Assembly (NCBI GenBank): GCA_048885535.1
Contig: JBHLLO010000028.1
Coordinates: forward strand, 1 to 39,756
Length of the DNA: 39,756 nucleotides
From: Candidatus Hermodarchaeota archaeon
GTDB lineage: Archaea > Asgardarchaeota > Lokiarchaeia > Sigyniarchaeales > SOKP01
Direction of reading: 5' to 3'
The translations under genes and the position numbers were made by a program. Under the pieces are notes generated by a model. That model was not told where the DNA came from, ran no database searches, and was given only the letters and a program-made list of their open reading frames with translations. Numbering within the stretch: the first letter of the stretch is position 1; the number at the start of each line of letters is the position of its first letter. Positions 26,259-36,741 of the stretch are shown here, piece by piece.

Positions 26259-28235
26259 CTATATCTCCTCTAGGATTGCATCAATCTGTTTCTCATATTG
26301 GGGCTCACGATAGTATCTTAAAGTAATTGCTTCAGAAGGACAATTGGCTAGACATGAACCACATCCTCTACATAATATTTCATTCACTTCAGCGCCGTCG
26401 AGTTCAATTTTAATTGCTTCATATGGACAGTTTAGTTCACATAATCCACATTTTGCACATTTTTCTTTCTCAACGTTCGCTCTAATTAAAAGAATTCGGT
26501 ATTTATCTTTACTCATAAGTCGTGCTAAAGATGACGCGGCAGCTCTTCCTTGGGCAATAGATTCTGCAATAGATTTAGGTCCTTGGCTCACACCAGCAAG
26601 AACAATTCCAGGGATTTTAGTATCTATTGGATTTAATCTTGAATGAAATTCCTTGAAAAATCCATCCTGACTTGTTTCAAGTTTCAGTATTTTTTGAATT
26701 TTATCAATACCTTTTGGAGGAACCATTGCACAAGATAATATAACTAAGTCATATTCGAATTCTTTTAGTTTTATTGTACCAAGAGTATTCTGGAGGATTA
26801 CTTTGAGATTATGAGTCTCAGGATCTTCATGTATTTTTGATATATTCGTTCTTACATACTTAATACCTTCTTTTCTTGAAGCTGTAAAATACTCTTCATA
26901 GTCTTTTCCAGCTGCACGAATGTCCATATATGCTACAGTTATATCTATTTCAGGGTCATGTTGTTTTATGAGTTTAGTGTTTTTAATAGAAATCATACAA
27001 CATACTCCTGCACTACAATAGGTTTGTTTTGTTAGATCTCTAGAGCCAACACATTGTATAACAAGTACATTCTTCGGCTTCTTTCCATCGGATGGTCTTA
27101 CAAGGTGACCTATAGTAGGTCCGTTTGGAGCTAGCATCCTTTCAAGTTTTAGTTGTGTTATAACATTAGGATAAACATTGTAACCTAAATAACCTGTTTC
27201 AGGTTCATATTCATCCCACCCGGTTGCAACGATTATAGAACCTACTTCAATTTCAATTATCTCATCTTCTTGATCAAAATCAATCGCTTCCAGCTCACAT
27301 GCTTTTTGGCATAGTCCACATTTAATACACCTTGACATATCAATCTGAGCTAACGAGGGAACAGCTTGAGCAAAAGATGAATAAATTGCTGTTCTTGGAT
27401 TCATTCCTTCGTTAAATTCATCATATCCGTATGCAGGACATACTTCAAAGCAGGAACCGCATCCATTACAATCATTATTTACATATCTCGCCTTTTTCCG
27501 AATTTTAACCTTGAAATTTCCAACAAATCCGGTTATATCTTCAATTTCACTGTAAGTATATAAATTCATACCAGGAGTCCTTGCTGATTGTAGCATAACG
27601 GGTCCTAATATTCAGATACTACAATCATCTGTGGGGAATGTTCGATCAAGCATTGCCATTTTTCCTCCTATGGTTGGGCTTTTTTCTACAAGGAATACTT
27701 CAAAGCCCTCTTCTGCAAGATCTATTCCAGCGCTTAATCCAGCTACTCCACCTCCAATAATTAGAGCCTTCTTAGTAATATCTACTTCTTTTACCAAAAT
27801 CTTTTCTAATACTTCTGCTCTGGCAACTCCCGATCTTATTGCATCTTCAGCTGTTTTTTGTGCACCCTGTTTATCATTTCTATGAACAAAGCTTGAATGT
27901 TCACGTATATTTACAAACTCCAAATATGATGCATCTAATCCCATCGATTCTAGTACACTTTTAAATACTGGTTCATGAGTTTTAGGAGTACAGGATGCTA
28001 CAACAAGTCTATTCGCGTTGGCTTCAAGCATTTTTTCTTTTATAAATTCAGCTCCAGGCTCAGTACATAAGGAGATATAATCTAGTGCCTCAACTACATT
28101 AGGTAATTTTTTTGAGTATTCAGCTAAGGCTTTTGTATCAATTATTTCAGCAACATTAATACCTCATTGACAGATAGCAACAAATATTCTAATTTCTTCA
28201 ATAGATTTTTTCTCTTTAGTCTGTGTCTCTACCAT
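26259..28235 (-). CDS. hdrA: Selenoprotein heterodisulfide reductase subunit A, 658 aa; Sec24 and Sec208
   Basis: One continuous frame from ATG 28235 through ICQUGINV (TGA 28164-28166), ASCTPKTHE, GGGVAG, TFPTDDCSIUILGP (TGA 27612-27614), ferredoxin CxxCxxC motifs and QCVGSRD...YCSAGVCC. Confidence 0.93.
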
Positions 28236-28449
28236 TGCAAATCAATCCTTTCTATCTTTTTTAATTATATCCTCCGACTAATTTTGATAAATATAATTAT
28301 AAACCTTAATATTTCAATTTAATTTAATTCTTAGGTTAAAAAAATTAACTTTAAATCAAAAATCTTTTATATATCTTTCATAAGTTACGGAATTAAAAAA
28401 GTAATATTGTATAATAATATAAGAATAACTTTCATATAGGGGATAAAAG

Positions 28450-28869
28450 GTGATATTAATTCTTTTTCAAAATGGAATGGATTCAATTAAAGATTATATA
28501 CAGTTAATAATAGCAGGTTCTCTTTTTGTATTAATTTTTGGATTGTTAAAGATAGGGCTAATTATTGTAAAAGCTGAAAAGAGAACAAATATTAAATGGG
28601 TTGGTTATAGCTTTTTAATCCAAGTCGGATTAGCTTTTGGGATAGGATCACCTTTAATGTTACTTGGATTCGCAGGTGCTTTTGAGGGAGACCCAATAGC
28701 AATAATTCCTATAATAATAGTCGTATTTTTTATAAATTTAAATGCTATTAATGTTCTTCATCAAATTGGTCTTAAGCGTTCATTAGCAATTATGTTTATG
28801 TTGATAGTGCCGATTATTTTTAGTCTGTATTTTATAGGATCGTTTATAGGACGTTTACAATATTCATAG
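28450..28869 (+). CDS. Hypothetical four-TM membrane protein
   Basis: Four hydrophobic segments. The start is uncertain (GTG 28450 or a downstream ATG). Confidence 0.65.
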   Translation: MILILFQNGMDSIKDYIQLIIAGSLFVLIFGLLKIGLIIVKAEKRTNIKWVGYSFLIQVGLAFGIGSPLMLLGFAGAFEGDPIAIIPIIIVVFFINLNAINVLHQIGLKRSLAIMFMLIVPIIFSLYFIGSFIGRLQYS

Positions 28870-29787
28870 ACCTATTAACTTATTTATTTGATTATTCATA
28901 CCTAGAATTTCATCTCTAGCTGCTTGTTCATATTTTTCAGGAGGATACTGAGTTTTCTTATTATAAGCATAAATTATATTGCGAGATGAATTAACTATTC
29001 CTCCAATTCCATTCATGTGAAATCCATATTTAATATCCTTTGCTTTAGCTCCCTGAGCACCATAACCAGGGATTAATATAAAAGAATTATTTATAATCTC
29101 TCGTATTGATTTTAATTCTTGAGGAAATGTAGCACCAACTACAACTCCTAAGTTATTATATTGGTAGAATTTTGGTAATTCTTTACCCCATTCTTTTACT
29201 AGTTCAGCCATATGAAGGTAGTTTCTTTTTAGTGTAATATTTTTTTTCTCTATTTCAATTTGATCATTATTAATATCATCTATTCTAACACTAAATAAGT
29301 CCTGAAAGTCATGACTACTTGGATTTGAGGTTTTTACAAGAATAAATAGTCCTTTATCATTATAAAATTCTAAATACGGTTCTATACTGTCAAAACCAAG
29401 GTATGCATTTAATGTACAAGCATCTGCTTTATAAATTTTAAATGTAGCATCAGCATATGCTTTTGAAGTAGTACCAATATCATTTCTTTTTGAATCTAAA
29501 ATAACTAATAAGTCATTTTTATGAGCAAAAGTTATGGTCCCCTTTAGAGCATTTAAGGCATCATACTTTTCATAAAAAGCCATTTGGGGTTTTATCACTG
29601 GAATTAAATCATGATTAGTTTCAATTAAGGATTTATTAAATTCTAGAATAATTGCATTTGGATCTTCATATTGCTCAATTAAATAGCTTGGAATTTCTCC
29701 TTCTTTTTCCATCCTAGGATCAAGCCCCATGCAAACAACACTATGTTTCTCCTTTATAAGTTGAATTAATCGTTCAATGAAATGCAT
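28864..29787 (-). CDS. pyrF: Orotidine-5'-phosphate decarboxylase
   Basis: CMGLDP, KPQMAFYE, DSKRNDIGTT, LVKTSNP, VVGAT, LIPGYGAQG and VNSSRNI. Confidence 0.92.
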   Translation of the reverse strand: MHFIERLIQLIKEKHSVVCMGLDPRMEKEGEIPSYLIEQYEDPNAIILEFNKSLIETNHDLIPVIKPQMAFYEKYDALNALKGTITFAHKNDLLVILDSKRNDIGTTSKAYADATFKIYKADACTLNAYLGFDSIEPYLEFYNDKGLFILVKTSNPSSHDFQDLFSVRIDDINNDQIEIEKKNITLKRNYLHMAELVKEWGKELPKFYQYNNLGVVVGATFPQELKSIREIINNSFILIPGYGAQGAKAKDIKYGFHMNGIGGIVNSSRNIIYAYNKKTQYPPEKYEQAARDEILGMNNQINKLIGL

Positions 29788-29846
29788 AATATACCAACGT
29801 TTTATTTAGTTATAATAACAAACTCCAATAAAAAAAGATAATTCTT

Positions 29847-31193
29847 TTATTCTGCGTACTCATCTAAAATATCATAGATTTCTTCCAGTAAATTGCTAAC
29901 TTTAATCGTTTTTTGCTCCTCAGTTTTCATATTCCTTATGGTTACTCTATTTTCTTTCATTTCTTTGGTTCCGATTATTAATGTAATTAAAACGCCCAAA
30001 TCATTCGCTTTACTTAATTGACTTTTCAAACTTTTGAACCTAAAATCTAATAAGCATGGAAATTCCTCTTTTCGAATTATTTGAGCTATTTTGAAACTAT
30101 ATAAAGATACGCTTTCTTCAACTGATGCAATATATATTGTATCAGTATAATCTCTTTCACTAATTTCTTTTGGAATTAGATTATAGGTTTTTAAAAATAA
30201 ACTTAGCATTAAAACTCCCATCCCAAATCCAGTACCAGAAATCTTTTCTTCTGAGAATAGTAACAATAAATCATCATAACGACCTCCTCCAAAAATACTT
30301 CTGATATTTTCTTTACCTGTATCAAATACCTCATAAACAATGCCAGTATAGTAATCTAAACCTCGCACAACGCTTGAAGAAAAAGTACAATACCCTGATA
30401 TAGCAATTTCTTTCAGATAATTATCAAAAGTTATTAATTCTTTATATCCTTGAGAGTTATAAAAGTCTTCTGGTATATTATCAAATTTTTTCAGTAACTC
30501 ATCCACACCTTTAGACTCTTTTAACTTTAATATTCCTTGAACTATGAGTTCATCTTGAAATGAATCTAAAACTAACTTTTCAAACTCCTCTGCTTCCATC
30601 TTATCAGATTTATCTAGTACTTTATAAAGAAGAGGTAATTTTTTATTATCCATTTTTATAATCATTGTGCAAACCGCATCTATAAATCGGCGATTATTAT
30701 AATATATTTGAAATTGATTAGAAGTAGCTCCAAATTCTCTAAAAATATCTACTATCATATTAAATATCTCAAGATCCGCATAAAGGCTATCTTCACCAAG
30801 AATATCAGCGTTAAATTGCTTAAATTCACGACGACGCCCTTTCTGAGGTCTTTCATATCTATAACATGTTGGAAATGAATACCATCTTAACGGTTTTTTT
30901 AGTTCTTGGCTTTTTTTAGCTACTATTCGAGCTAGTGAAGGTGTGAGTTCAGGAATTAAGATTAATTTTTCTCCCTCCTTTCTTTCGACGATAAAAGACT
31001 GCTCATACACTAGTTCGTCAGAAGATTTTGCAGCATAAATTTCTATAGGTTCTAATTGAGGGGTTTCATATTCTTCAAATCCATAACGTTCTGCAACATC
31101 TCTTAAAGTATCAATTATCCAATTAACTTCACGTAAATCTTCAGGATATAAATCATCCATACCCCGTAATGGTTCTTTTGAAAATTTAGGCAT
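29847..31193 (-). CDS. hisS: Histidine--tRNA ligase
   Basis: LRGMDD, PELTPSLAR, YRYERPQKGRRREFKQ, VRGLDYYTG, GGGRYD and a C-terminal anticodon-binding domain. Confidence 0.95.
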   Translation of the reverse strand: MPKFSKEPLRGMDDLYPEDLREVNWIIDTLRDVAERYGFEEYETPQLEPIEIYAAKSSDELVYEQSFIVERKEGEKLILIPELTPSLARIVAKKSQELKKPLRWYSFPTCYRYERPQKGRRREFKQFNADILGEDSLYADLEIFNMIVDIFREFGATSNQFQIYYNNRRFIDAVCTMIIKMDNKKLPLLYKVLDKSDKMEAEEFEKLVLDSFQDELIVQGILKLKESKGVDELLKKFDNIPEDFYNSQGYKELITFDNYLKEIAISGYCTFSSSVVRGLDYYTGIVYEVFDTGKENIRSIFGGGRYDDLLLLFSEEKISGTGFGMGVLMLSLFLKTYNLIPKEISERDYTDTIYIASVEESVSLYSFKIAQIIRKEEFPCLLDFRFKSLKSQLSKANDLGVLITLIIGTKEMKENRVTIRNMKTEEQKTIKVSNLLEEIYDILDEYAE

Positions 31194-31296
31194 ATTATCA
31201 CAAAAAATTCTGAAGAGATTAGATTAAATAAAAAAAAGAATTGTAACAAATATTATTTTCTATTTTGTAGATTAAAAATATTGGGAGGGATTATAA

Positions 31297-32379
31297 ATTT
31301 TAGAAAAAAGCTGGAAAGATAAGGTATCAACTCCTGCGCTTATAATTGACTATGATGTTATGAAAGGAAATATTGAAACAATGGCAAAATTCGCAAAAGA
31401 TAATAATCTTAGTTTAAGACCTCATGTTAAGACTCACAAATGTCCAGTAATCGGAAAGATGCAGTTAGAAGCAGGAGCTGATGGGATCTGTGTTGCACGG
31501 GTTGGTGAGGCAGAAATTTTTGCTGAAAATGGATTTACTGATATTTTAATTGCTAATGAAGTAATTGAATTAAATCAAATTAAAAGATTGATTGAATTAA
31601 ATAAAAAGTCATTAGTAAGAATATGTGTCGATTCTAAAAAAAATATACAAGATCTAAATAAATATGCTTCGAAAAACAAAATTACATTAGAAGTGTTACT
31701 TGAAATCGATATAGGATTAGGTAGAAATGGCGTAAAACCAGGAGAAGAGGCGCTTAACCTTGCTAAAATTATTAAAGATCATAATTATTTGAAGTTAGTA
31801 GGACTTCAAGGATATGAGGGGCATCTAGTGTCAGTAACAGACCCAGACTTAAGGAAAAAACAATCAGAAGATTGCATGAAAAAATTAATTGATACAAGAA
31901 ATCTCCTGAATCAAAATGGATATGATATCAAATATTTAACAGTAGGAAATACTGTAACATATAAATATTCAGGAAAAGTTAAGGGAATCACTGAACTTCA
32001 ACCAGGCACTTATATTTTTAATGATTGGCATTATTGTCAAACATCTCCTGAATTCAATTTAGCTGCAACTGTTTTAGGCACAATTACTAATAATCCTGGG
32101 AAGAGATTCTATACACTAGATGCAGGATTAAAAGCTATTACTAGTGATAGTGGATATCCTATTATTAGAAGTTATCCTAAATGCAAAATTAAAGTGATGA
32201 CAGAAGAGCATTCCATTTTTAGAGCAGGTCCAGAGGATAGTTTTGAAATTGGACAAAAGTTAGAAATTTTCCCTTCGCATATTTGTACAACAGTAAATCT
32301 TTATGATTTTCTTACAGTTATAAAGGATAATGAAATTATAGCAAAATGGGAAATTTTAGCTCGAGGAAAAAATTATTAA
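31297..32379 (+). CDS. DSD1 / D-threonine aldolase-family PLP enzyme (alanine racemase fold); probable ATT start
   Basis: RPHVKTHK, EIDIGLGRNGV, GYEGH, ELQPGTYIFND, EEH and PSHIC. The conserved TPALIID lies upstream of ATG 31360. GGGAGG precedes ATT at 31297. Confidence 0.85.
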   Translation: MLEKSWKDKVSTPALIIDYDVMKGNIETMAKFAKDNNLSLRPHVKTHKCPVIGKMQLEAGADGICVARVGEAEIFAENGFTDILIANEVIELNQIKRLIELNKKSLVRICVDSKKNIQDLNKYASKNKITLEVLLEIDIGLGRNGVKPGEEALNLAKIIKDHNYLKLVGLQGYEGHLVSVTDPDLRKKQSEDCMKKLIDTRNLLNQNGYDIKYLTVGNTVTYKYSGKVKGITELQPGTYIFNDWHYCQTSPEFNLAATVLGTITNNPGKRFYTLDAGLKAITSDSGYPIIRSYPKCKIKVMTEEHSIFRAGPEDSFEIGQKLEIFPSHICTTVNLYDFLTVIKDNEIIAKWEILARGKNY

Positions 32380-32401
32380 ATATTGGAGTAAAAGATTATT
32401 T

Positions 32402-32779
32402 ATGGTAAATAAAGAAATTATAAGTCCAGGGCTTCCTGTCGCTGGACCCTATAATCCCGGTATTAAGGTTGGAAATTTACTTTTTATTTCAGGTCAAGGT
32501 CCAGCACAAGAGGCAACAGATATTAAAGAACAAACTTATACAACGTTGGAGAATATCAAAAAAATCGTTGAAGCTGGAGGGGGAAAAGTTTCCGATATTG
32601 TAAGTGTGAATGTCTACTTAAAAAATATGGATGATTTTAGTATAATGAATAAAGAATATAAAAAATTCTTTAATGATAATGGAGTTACAGAAAATTTTCC
32701 AACAAGAGTTACTGTAGAAGTATCAAATTTACCTTTAGCTATAATGTTAATAGAAATAAGTGCTGTAGCTGTATTATAA
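32402..32779 (+). CDS. RidA/YjgF-family enamine/imine deaminase
   Basis: AGPYNPG, LFISGQ, MDDFSIMN, FPTRVTVEV and IEISAVA. Confidence 0.9.
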   Translation: MVNKEIISPGLPVAGPYNPGIKVGNLLFISGQGPAQEATDIKEQTYTTLENIKKIVEAGGGKVSDIVSVNVYLKNMDDFSIMNKEYKKFFNDNGVTENFPTRVTVEVSNLPLAIMLIEISAVAVL

Positions 32780-32801
32780 CTTTTTTTTTATTTTTATTTT
32801 T
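32780..32801 (+). terminator. Oligo-T tract, probable terminator
   Basis: cttttttttatttttattttt directly after the RidA stop. Confidence 0.45.
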
Positions 32802-32814
32802 AAATGGTGATTGA

Positions 32815-33093
32815 TTGATTAATAAAATCATTATAATGGATTCTAATGATAACTGCGCTACAGCTTTAGTAGAAATTCCAAAAAATAGTGAAATCATGGT
32901 TAAAGAGAGAAATATTAAGACAAATCAGAAAATCCCGAATGGGCATAAAGTTGCTTTAATCGATATTAAAAAAGGTGAATTTATATTGAAGTATGGTGAA
33001 ATAATCGGTGTTGCCATTGAAGACATTAAGAGCGGAGATTGGATGCATATACATAATATTAAAAGCCATTATTTAAATAAGGTGACAGAATGA
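32815..33093 (+). CDS. UxaA-family dehydratase small subunit (SAF domain)
   Basis: DNCATAL, IPNGHKVAL, ILKYGEIIG and GDWMHIHNI. Its stop overlaps the next start (ATGA). Confidence 0.88.
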   Translation: MINKIIIMDSNDNCATALVEIPKNSEIMVKERNIKTNQKIPNGHKVALIDIKKGEFILKYGEIIGVAIEDIKSGDWMHIHNIKSHYLNKVTE

Positions 33094-34286
33094 CGGAAGA
33101 ATTCTTAGGTTATGAGAGATCTAATGGTAAAGTTGGTATTAGAAACAAAATTGCTGTTATATCTTCAGTTGTTTGTGTTAATCATGTAACCCACCAAATA
33201 GCAAATCAAGTCGAAGAAGCCGTTGCTATTACTCATCCACTTGGGTGTGGGCAATTTGGTCCAGACTTTGCATATACTCAACGTACACTAGTCGGGTTAG
33301 GCAATAACCCTAATGTTTATGGAGCTATAATTATTGGTTTAGGATGTGAAAACATGAGTAATAAATCAATTGCCAAAAATATTGAAAAAAAGGGAAAACC
33401 AGTAGAATATTTTAATTTACAGGATATTCAAGGAGGATCAAAAGCAGCTATAGAAAAAGGTGTGGCAATTGGAAAAATAATGGCAGAAAATGCAAGAGAG
33501 TTAACGCGTGAACCATTTGATTTTTCCAATGTAGTTCTAGGACTAGAATGTGGTGCATCAGATTCAATTTCTGGAATTTCAGCTAATCCCGTAGTTGGTA
33601 TAGTTTCTGATAAGATTATTAAGTTAGGTGGAACTTCAATATTGCCGGAATTTACAGAATGGATTGGGACAGAGCATTTATTAGCTAAAAGAGCGAAGGA
33701 TGAGAAGGTTGCTGAGAAAATTTACTCAACTTTATACGGTTTTATAGAAGATATTAAAAAATATGGAATTGATTTCCGAGAAATTCAACCCACCCCTGGT
33801 AATATCGAAGGAGGTTTAACAACAATAGAAGAAAAATCATTAGGCACGATTTCGAAGGCTGGAAAAGCAACAATTCAAGGAATACTTGAATATTCAGAAA
33901 GCCCAAAAGAAAATGGTTTATGGTTGATGATAGAGCCCGGAATAGATGTTGAATCTATGACAGGATTAGCTGCTGCTGGAGCTAATGTAATTGTTATGAC
34001 AACTGGTCGAGGAACTCCATGTGGTAACCCAATTGCACCAGTAATAAAGATATGTGGAAATCCTAAAACCTGCAATTGGATGGCAAGTAATATTGATATC
34101 AATGCAAGTAAAATAATAACTGAAGGGAAGTCAATTGAAGATATTGCTGAAGTTCTTTGGGAGAAACTAAAATCTACCTGTAATGGAGAAAAAACATTCG
34201 CTGAGCAGTTAGGATTTGAAGATTTGGCGATTTGGAGATGCACTGCTGCACCGTTTCAAATACTTCATTCGAAAAAGCGTTCCTAA
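33090..34286 (+). CDS. UxaA/GarD/SuyB-family dehydratase large subunit
   Basis: GYERSNGKVGIRN, HPLGCGQ, GLGCE, ECGASD, GNIEGGLTTIEEKSLG and TTGRGTP. Confidence 0.9.
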   Translation: MTEEFLGYERSNGKVGIRNKIAVISSVVCVNHVTHQIANQVEEAVAITHPLGCGQFGPDFAYTQRTLVGLGNNPNVYGAIIIGLGCENMSNKSIAKNIEKKGKPVEYFNLQDIQGGSKAAIEKGVAIGKIMAENARELTREPFDFSNVVLGLECGASDSISGISANPVVGIVSDKIIKLGGTSILPEFTEWIGTEHLLAKRAKDEKVAEKIYSTLYGFIEDIKKYGIDFREIQPTPGNIEGGLTTIEEKSLGTISKAGKATIQGILEYSESPKENGLWLMIEPGIDVESMTGLAAAGANVIVMTTGRGTPCGNPIAPVIKICGNPKTCNWMASNIDINASKIITEGKSIEDIAEVLWEKLKSTCNGEKTFAEQLGFEDLAIWRCTAAPFQILHSKKRS

Positions 34287-34377
34287 ATAATTTAAGAAAT
34301 AAGTTAAGTTTATAAATTAAAGTTGCTTAGTACTATATAGTACATTCTTATATAATACTATATAAAAAGTGTAAACT

Positions 34378-34719
34378 ATGAGTGAAATTATTGCATATTG
34401 CGGTTTATTATGTTCAAAATGCCCGGCATATATAGCTACTCAAAGTAATGATAAAGAGGCATTAAAAAGAATTTCGAAGGAGTGGTCTAGTGGAGAAATG
34501 AATTTCACACCAGAGGAACTTTTATGTGATGGCTGTATTTCTAATAAGGTAATTTTCACTTGGTGTGAAGAATGTAATATTAGAAGTTGTGCTCGAGGAA
34601 AAGGACTGGAAAATTGTGCCTATTGTGACAATTACCCCTGTGAGACATTAAATAATGTTTTTGAAAAAGATCAATCCGCAAAACAAAGATTAGATGAAAT
34701 TAAAAGTACTTTAGTATAA
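34378..34719 (+). CDS. Cys-rich DUF3795-like protein
   Basis: IAYCGLLCSKCPAY, CDGC, CNIRSCA and ENCAYCDNYPC. Confidence 0.8.
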   Translation: MSEIIAYCGLLCSKCPAYIATQSNDKEALKRISKEWSSGEMNFTPEELLCDGCISNKVIFTWCEECNIRSCARGKGLENCAYCDNYPCETLNNVFEKDQSAKQRLDEIKSTLV

Positions 34720-34793
34720 ATAATTAATTATTAAAGGAAAATAATAAATTGGTAAATAATAATTTCTAAATTTTTTCTTTCTTTTTCTAAGTC

Positions 34794-35744
34794 GTGGAAA
34801 ATTATAATTTAAAAAAGGGTTTAATTTATGGAATATCAGGTGTATTCTTAATAGGATTGCAACCTGTAATAGCGATCTCAAGACCTGATATTATAGATCC
34901 CTTCATATTTGCAGCAATTACTGCTTTAATTGAAGCCATGGTTTTTTTTCCAATTTATTTTTATGAAAGAATTAGATTAAATAATTTAAAAAACAATAGT
35001 CAGGTGAATTTAGCTAAAATAGATTCTCTATTAAACGGTTGGAAGAAAAGAAAAAATGTAAAATTATTTTTTGTTATTGCAATTAGTTTTAGTATAGTCC
35101 CCGTTCTTTTATATATAGGTTTTGAACTTGCAGGGGCAATTAACAGCTCTTTAGCCCTTAAAAGTGAAATAATTTTTGTGCTTTTATTTGGATATTTACT
35201 TCTGAAGGAGGAAAGAATATCAAAGATTCAAATTTTATTTTGTATTTTTTTATTTTTCGGACTAATTATTGCAATAACAGAGGGTTCGTTTAATTTACTT
35301 GAATTTAACCTTGGAGTTCTCATTATTATTATAAGTACCGCATTATTTTCTCTTATTCACACATTAACAAAGTCTGCCTTTGATCGAAGTGAGTTATTTC
35401 CTGCACAGGTTGTGTTTATCCGCAATTTGTGTAGTGGTACAATTTTATTCGTGGCTTACTTGATTATATTCCCTAATGAGAATTTATTAATGCTTCTAGA
35501 TTTTAATAACTTGATATTTTTCTTATTAATGGGTTTAGATTATGGCTTTTCTTTACTCTTATGGTATAAAACACTTTCTTACATTCAAATTGGAAAGACT
35601 GGTATCATTAATTCATTGACTCCGATAGTTTCCTCCTTTTTTGGTTTCATATTATTAGGAGATAATTTCACATTTTTCCATTTAATCGGCACAGCAATTA
35701 TTATTTTATCAATTTTTATGATTCTTCAACCAAAAAGAAAATAG
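34794..35744 (+). CDS. EamA/DMT-family transporter
   Basis: About 10 TM segments in two EamA halves (FGYLLLKEER, LTPIVSSFFGFILLGD). Confidence 0.85.
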   Translation: MENYNLKKGLIYGISGVFLIGLQPVIAISRPDIIDPFIFAAITALIEAMVFFPIYFYERIRLNNLKNNSQVNLAKIDSLLNGWKKRKNVKLFFVIAISFSIVPVLLYIGFELAGAINSSLALKSEIIFVLLFGYLLLKEERISKIQILFCIFLFFGLIIAITEGSFNLLEFNLGVLIIIISTALFSLIHTLTKSAFDRSELFPAQVVFIRNLCSGTILFVAYLIIFPNENLLMLLDFNNLIFFLLMGLDYGFSLLLWYKTLSYIQIGKTGIINSLTPIVSSFFGFILLGDNFTFFHLIGTAIIILSIFMILQPKRK

Positions 35745-35775
35745 ATTTAATCTTTAAAGCTTTCTAATAATTATC

Positions 35776-36738
35776 GTGGATAAGCATATAAAGAAAGGGT
35801 TAATATTTGGGTTGTTGGGAAATTTTTTCGTTGGGTTTCAACCAATTGTCGCAAATTCTCGCCCTGAAGTCCTTGATGCCTATATTTTTGCAGCTATGAC
35901 GTGCCTTATAGAAGCCCTAATATTTTTTCCTATTATGGTAATAGAAATCAAATTGAATCGAAGAAAAAACAATAAAGCTATTAATATTACACAAAATCAG
36001 ACTTCTATTTTAAAAAATTGGAAGAAAAATATAAAACTATTAATATTTATTGGATTCATTTTTGGAATTAATCAATTATTATTTTTTGTTGGTTACAAAT
36101 TAGCTGGAGAGATAAATGGATCACTGACTCAGAAAACAACAGTCTTTTTTGGGTTAATTTTTGGTTACTTACTTTTAAAAGAAAGAGTTTCCAAAATGCA
36201 AATTTTATTTTCGATAACGTTATTTATTGGTTTAATAATTGCAGTAACTCAGTTGACTTTTGATTTTGATTTAGATATGTTAATAGGTGTTCTAATAATG
36301 TTATTTATCACCTGTCTTTGGATGTTAGGACATGCTTTAACCAAACCAATTTTTACAAGAAAAGAAGCAAACCCTACTCAAATGGTATTCATAAGGAATA
36401 TATTTAGTGGAATTATGTTATTCTCAACTTATTTTATTTTTTTCCCTTTAGAAAACATAAATTTGCTTTTTGTTCCCATAAATCTTTTCTATTTCTTTTT
36501 TATGGGAGCTGTTTATAGTGCTGGTTTATTTTGTTGGTACAAAACTCTTTCATATTTAGATGTTTCGAAAGCAACGATTTTATTTTCTCCAACTCCAATA
36601 GTAACAGCATTGTTTGCAACTTTTATTAGGAATGTAGTTTTTACAATTTTTCATGTTATTGGAACAATAATAATTATAATATCTATAATTCTTATAATGA
36701 GATTAAAGCAAGATTATAATAAAACGCAAGTTGAATAA
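35776..36738 (+). CDS. EamA/DMT-family transporter (tandem paralog)
   Basis: Clearly similar to the upstream gene (KKGLIxG...QPxxAxSRP, QxVFIRN, WYKTLSY). Confidence 0.85.
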   Translation: MDKHIKKGLIFGLLGNFFVGFQPIVANSRPEVLDAYIFAAMTCLIEALIFFPIMVIEIKLNRRKNNKAINITQNQTSILKNWKKNIKLLIFIGFIFGINQLLFFVGYKLAGEINGSLTQKTTVFFGLIFGYLLLKERVSKMQILFSITLFIGLIIAVTQLTFDFDLDMLIGVLIMLFITCLWMLGHALTKPIFTRKEANPTQMVFIRNIFSGIMLFSTYFIFFPLENINLLFVPINLFYFFFMGAVYSAGLFCWYKTLSYLDVSKATILFSPTPIVTALFATFIRNVVFTIFHVIGTIIIIISIILIMRLKQDYNKTQVE

Positions 36739-36741
36739 ATT

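Noticed and set aside
26259-28031. hdrA as two separate ORFs (445 aa and 139 aa) or a nonsense pseudogene
   Set aside because: The breaks are single in-frame TGAs at conserved Cys positions, and a SECIS-like element lies downstream.
29228-29295. In-frame insertion in pyrF bounded by the 8-bp inverted repeat TTTAGTGT/ACACTAAA, as a third intron
   Set aside because: I could not build a 4-bp helix with 3-nt bulges at its ends, and the frame is open. A protein loop is more likely.
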